From Alphaproteobacteria bacterium (GTDB taxonomy: Bacteria > Pseudomonadota > Alphaproteobacteria > MPNO01 > UBA830), in assembly GCA_965243135.1 (NCBI GenBank), contig OZ251539.1, positions 960,001-1,024,000 of the forward strand: 64,000 bases of DNA, given 5' to 3'. The first letter of the stretch is position 1, and the number at the start of each line of letters is the position of its first letter. Positions 60,225-64,000 of the stretch are shown piece by piece. A model generated the notes under the pieces. The model saw only the letters and a program-made list of their open reading frames with translations, ran no database searches and was not told the DNA's origin. The position numbers were made by a program, and so were the translations under genes.

Positions 60225-61492
60225 GTCGCCGCCTCCCTTCCGGGCTTCCGGGCGACCGCCTTCGAGCGGGGCGTTCGATGCGCCTCGGCGTAATGCAGCC
60301 GGAGCAGATCGACGCCGTAATCGTTGCCGTTCGGCGTTCGCACGATAGTGTGGACATGGAACTTCGCCGGCTCCCGGTTGGTGAGGAAAACGCCCGAATG
60401 GTGGTCGAACTCGATGAAGATCACCGGGCTTTGAATCCGGTAGTAGAACGGACTTTCCTCTTCGAGGCCGCCGATCCAGCAGAAATGCGTTTCGTCGAGA
60501 CGGCGTTCGACCTGTTCGATCCGCGCCGCCAGCGGACCCGGCGGCAACGGAGCGAGGTAGGTCGCGACCAGGTCGACAAGATCGCGTTTTTCGGTCGCTG
60601 ACATGCGCGTCCCGGGCAGGCCTTCGTAGGGAACGACGCGGTTGTCGCGGGCGGTGCCGCCGAGATGGAGATGGTCGGCGAAATGCCAGCGTCCCTCCGG
60701 CAGGTCTCCGCCCTTCATGGAGCGCGACACGGTCGCCCGGCGGCGCTTTTCGGCCGAAAGCGAGCGCATCAGGGCGAGGCCGGCGCGCTCCTCGTCCTCG
60801 AACGCGGAGACGCCGGCGAACGGCCCGCTGTCGGCGCGGGTCGCCTCGGCGCCGAGGAAGCTCGGCGTCAGCGTCATCTGTCCGCCGATCACGAAGCAGT
60901 TCAGGCTCAAATGGTGGCCGAACAACTGCCATCCCCACGGCTCCGAAAGCGACGGCTCGCCGAACAGGCTGAACGTGTAGCTCCACTCGCCGAGCACCTC
61001 GGGACATTCGACGAGATCGCCGAGAAAGCGGTTGAGCCGCATCACGTTTCTCGAAACCTCGTAACCTTTCTCGCTCAGACTGGCCCGCACCACCTCCATG
61101 ACCGCTTCGCGGACGCCGGGCCGGACGTCGTCGAGGCGGATCCCGTGCTCCTCGACATGGAGCTCCGTGTTCTGCCACCGCCGCCACAAATCGGAATCGA
61201 CGGGAAAGGCGGCGGCGGCGCGAAGGCCGGGCGGCAGCGTCGCCAGCAGGGCGGCGGCGGCTTCGACCATCGTTCGGGTCGGCGCGCCCTCCGGGCGCAG
61301 CGAGAACAGGCCGGGTTCCACGGCGCCGTCGGTCGTTATTCCGCGGAACGGCTCTTTCATCAGTTCTTCCCATTCCGCGAACAATTTCGGCGCGCGCGGC
61401 CCCTGCATGTGCGCCTTGGCGTGCTCGCGGGCCGTCCTGCCCGCGACCCGCGATTCGGAGGGGGAGGGAACGTGGGGGCGGTATTGGCTCAT
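60221..61492 (-). CDS. DUF3500 domain protein
   Basis: FRGITTDG, WRRWQN, PWGWQLFGHHL, FYYRIQSPVIFIEFDHH, HVHTIVRTPNGNDYG. Confidence 0.85.
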   Translation of the reverse strand: MSQYRPHVPSPSESRVAGRTAREHAKAHMQGPRAPKLFAEWEELMKEPFRGITTDGAVEPGLFSLRPEGAPTRTMVEAAAALLATLPPGLRAAAAFPVDSDLWRRWQNTELHVEEHGIRLDDVRPGVREAVMEVVRASLSEKGYEVSRNVMRLNRFLGDLVECPEVLGEWSYTFSLFGEPSLSEPWGWQLFGHHLSLNCFVIGGQMTLTPSFLGAEATRADSGPFAGVSAFEDEERAGLALMRSLSAEKRRRATVSRSMKGGDLPEGRWHFADHLHLGGTARDNRVVPYEGLPGTRMSATEKRDLVDLVATYLAPLPPGPLAARIEQVERRLDETHFCWIGGLEEESPFYYRIQSPVIFIEFDHHSGVFLTNREPAKFHVHTIVRTPNGNDYGVDLLRLHYAEAHRTPRSKAVARKPGREAAT

Positions 61493-62379
61493 GTCTTCTC
61501 TCCGCCGAACCATTTGACGGCCGTGACCGCGGCGAGGACGATCGCCGCGCCGAGGAGCTGCCGCGCCGTCAGGACCTGTGCGAGCAAGACGAAGCCGAGA
61601 GCGATGGTGGCGACCGGCTCCAGGTTCATGACGAGCGAGGCCCTTACGCCGCCGATCTTCGAGATGGCGGCGAAGAAGCACGCGACCGCGATGGTATAGA
61701 AGACGGCGACGGCGAGAAAGCCCGTCCATCCCCGGGCGGTTTCCGGCAGGACGAACTCTCCCGCGGCCAGCGAGAGCGCGATGAACATGACGGACGCGGA
61801 AACGTGCATGTGGACCGTGACGGCCAGGGAATTGCCGGCTTCGAGGACGCGGGCGCTCACAAGGATGACGGTCGCCATGAAGATCGACGCGGCGGCGGCG
61901 AGCGCCAGGCCCGGGCCCGAGCCGCCGGGGCCGGCGAACTCCAGCGCCAGCGCCAGTCCCGCGAACCCGCCGGCGAGACCGACGATCAGCCCTCGGCTCA
62001 ATTTTTCTTGGCCGATCGCCCACGCGCCGAGACCCGTGACGATCGGGTAGAGATAGAAGATCAGGACGGCGAGGCCGACCGCGATGAGGTCGAACGCCGA
62101 CATCAGGCAGTACGCGACGCCCCCGGTGAGGATGCCGATTCCCATGGCGGTCCACCGTTCGCGCCGGGGAAGGACGATCTTTCCGCGGCTGGCCTTCACC
62201 AGCAGGGTCAGCGCCGCGAGCGCGACGACGTTGCGGACCGTGACCGTGGTGAGGGGAGTCGCGCCGCCGTCGAAGGCCAGGACGGCGAAGGCGTTGTTGC
62301 AGGCGAAAGCGACCGCCGAGGCCACGACGATCGCGTAGCCGGCGACGGCGGGAGAGAACGACGGCACCCGGTCAGACAA
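61489..62379 (-). CDS. DMT/EamA family transporter
   Basis: About 10 TM helices; IFYLYP and MNLEPV motifs. Confidence 0.88.
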   Translation of the reverse strand: MSDRVPSFSPAVAGYAIVVASAVAFACNNAFAVLAFDGGATPLTTVTVRNVVALAALTLLVKASRGKIVLPRRERWTAMGIGILTGGVAYCLMSAFDLIAVGLAVLIFYLYPIVTGLGAWAIGQEKLSRGLIVGLAGGFAGLALALEFAGPGGSGPGLALAAAASIFMATVILVSARVLEAGNSLAVTVHMHVSASVMFIALSLAAGEFVLPETARGWTGFLAVAVFYTIAVACFFAAISKIGGVRASLVMNLEPVATIALGFVLLAQVLTARQLLGAAIVLAAVTAVKWFGGEKT

Positions 62380-63058
62380 TCTCGATTCGAAGACGCCCTA
62401 TGCCCTCGATCCGTCCTTCGAGAAGGTCTCCGCGCGAGACGGGCGCGGGGCCTTTCGGCGTTCCCGCATAAACGATGTCGCCGGGCTCCAGGCGGCTGTA
62501 GGCCGACAGCCGCGCGACGATCTCCGCCGGCCCCCAAATCATTTGCGAGATGTCGCCGCGCTGGCGCCGCCGGCCGTTCACCGTCATGGCGATTTCGCCT
62601 CGCGCGGGATGGCCGATTTCCGAGGCCGGGCGGATGGCGCTCACCGGCGAGGCGCCGTCGAAGCTCTTGCACAGGTCCCAGGAATGGCGGTTGGCGATGC
62701 ATTCGCGCATGACGTCGCGGCGAATGAGGTCGAAGCCCACGGCGTATCCGAAGACGTGGTCGGGCGCCCGGTTCGCGGGGACGTTCGCGCCGCCCTTGCC
62801 GATCGCGATCACCAATTCGATTTCGGGGTCGAGCTCCGAGGTCGCGGGCGGGTAGGGCACGTTCGAATCGCCCGGAACGATCGAATCCGCCGGCTTCAGG
62901 GATATTCCGGGCGTCGCGTCGCCCGCGTCGAGTCCCGTCTCGGCCGCATGGTCGGCGTAGTTGCGTCCGATCGCGTAGATCCTGCGCACCGGGAACGAGG
63001 CGTCGGAGCCGGCGACGGGAACGGCCGGGCGCGGCCACTCGGGAACTGCCCAGGTCAT
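62372..63058 (-). CDS. Fumarylacetoacetate hydrolase family protein (short type)
   Basis: VRRIYAIGRNYADHAAE, EIELVIAIG, KSFD, PGDIVYAGTP. Confidence 0.9.
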   Translation of the reverse strand: MTWAVPEWPRPAVPVAGSDASFPVRRIYAIGRNYADHAAETGLDAGDATPGISLKPADSIVPGDSNVPYPPATSELDPEIELVIAIGKGGANVPANRAPDHVFGYAVGFDLIRRDVMRECIANRHSWDLCKSFDGASPVSAIRPASEIGHPARGEIAMTVNGRRRQRGDISQMIWGPAEIVARLSAYSRLEPGDIVYAGTPKGPAPVSRGDLLEGRIEGIGRLRIEIV

Positions 63059-64000
63059 GAACGGCTTTTTCCGAGGGCGCTCTTGACGATCTTGCGGGTG
63101 GGCGTCATCGGCATCCGGTCGACGAATTCCAGCGCCTCCGGCCACTTCATTTTCGCCACTTCGTGTTTCCGCAGCCATTCGCGGACGTCGTCGAGCGTCA
63201 GCGCCGCGCCGGGCGCGAGCTGGACGTAGGCGCATGCGCGTTCGCCGAGCACGGGGTCGGGAACCGGCGCGACGGCGGACATCGCCACCGCCGGATGGCG
63301 ATCGATGAGCGTCTCGATGTCCGTCGGATTTATCTTGACGCCGCCGCGATTGATCAGATCCTTCAACCGTCCGGTGATGCGCACGTCGTCGGGCGCGCGT
63401 CGGACCGCGAGATCGCCGGTGCGGAACCATCCCTCGCCGGCGAAAGCGGCGCGGTTCGCCTCTTCGTTGCCGACATAGCCCGCGATCACCGAACAACCGC
63501 GGATCTCCAGTTCGCCTTCTTCGCCGTCGCCGGCCGGGCCGCCGTCCGTCCGCATTATCCGGATTTCGAAGCCGGGCGTCGGACTCCCGAGACTCTCCCG
63601 GCGCAGGGCCGCGGAGGCTTCGAACGGGGTATGAAGGCCCATGAAGCACTCGCTCATGCCCCACATCTGGCCTACCGCGCCGTTCGGCATCGCGTCGTCG
63701 AGCGCGCGCGCCACTTCCGGCGGACAGGCGGATCCCGAAATCGTCGCGAGCCGCAGCGACGACAGGTCGCGCGACGCAAGCAAGCCGGCGCAGGCGGCGA
63801 CATGAGCGGGCGCCGCGAACAACACCGACGGCTTGCCGCCTTCGATCGCCTCCATCAGCGCCGCCGGCTCGAAAGCCGGCATCAGCAGGGAAGCCGCTCC
63901 CGCCATCAGGCTGAAGTTGAGAACGCAGAGGCCGAAAGCGTGGGTGAACGGCGGCAGGCCCAGCACGACGTCGTCTTGCGCGAGGCGGTAGATCGGGGCT
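63055..64000 (-). CDS. AMP-dependent acyl/aryl-CoA ligase (3' part; starts beyond window end)
   Basis: PFTHAFG, WGMSE, GWFRTGD, GRLKDLINRGG.K, PMTPTRKIVK. Confidence 0.88.
   Translation of the reverse strand, partial: APIYRLAQDDVVLGLPPFTHAFGLCVLNFSLMAGAASLLMPAFEPAALMEAIEGGKPSVLFAAPAHVAACAGLLASRDLSSLRLATISGSACPPEVARALDDAMPNGAVGQMWGMSECFMGLHTPFEASAALRRESLGSPTPGFEIRIMRTDGGPAGDGEEGELEIRGCSVIAGYVGNEEANRAAFAGEGWFRTGDLAVRRAPDDVRITGRLKDLINRGGVKINPTDIETLIDRHPAVAMSAVAPVPDPVLGERACAYVQLAPGAALTLDDVREWLRKHEVAKMKWPEALEFVDRMPMTPTRKIVKSALGKSRS

Noticed and set aside
1-64000. tRNA/rRNA genes, integrase, intact prophage
   Set aside because: No such signatures recognised by eye; tRNAscan-SE/Infernal would be needed to exclude them fully

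Overview
GC-rich bacterial chromosome window, probably alphaproteobacterial. This is inferred from the recA-alaS-icd-like-LOG order, an ELM1-family gene and a GAAC-N7-GTAC LexA-type box before recA. About 0.4-18 kb is an accessory, decaying zone. It holds three copies of an AAA-ATPase/PD-(D/E)XK gene (one intact, two pseudogenes), an intact IS4/Tn5-like element with a DUF4338/DruA-like N-terminus (21-bp TIRs, 8-bp TSD), autotransporter genes and an orphan NHLP-leader RiPP precursor. The rest is metabolic and housekeeping: leucine catabolism, ino1, recA, alaS, transporters, sulfatase, dimethylglycine-dehydrogenase/DmdA-like genes, soxBDAG, orn and a DUF3500 operon. The most unusual signals are: (1) a non-random decay signature, in which the pseudogenes are eroded by recurrent 5-6-bp deletions mostly removing an ATC/GAT trinucleotide; (2) a very divergent isocitrate-dehydrogenase-fold enzyme at the icd position, with the catalytic residues kept but a rebuilt cofactor motif; (3) the orphan proteusin-like precursor beside an insert bounded by a 25-bp direct repeat. 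All calls come from manual motif reading and hand alignment; no database searches were run.
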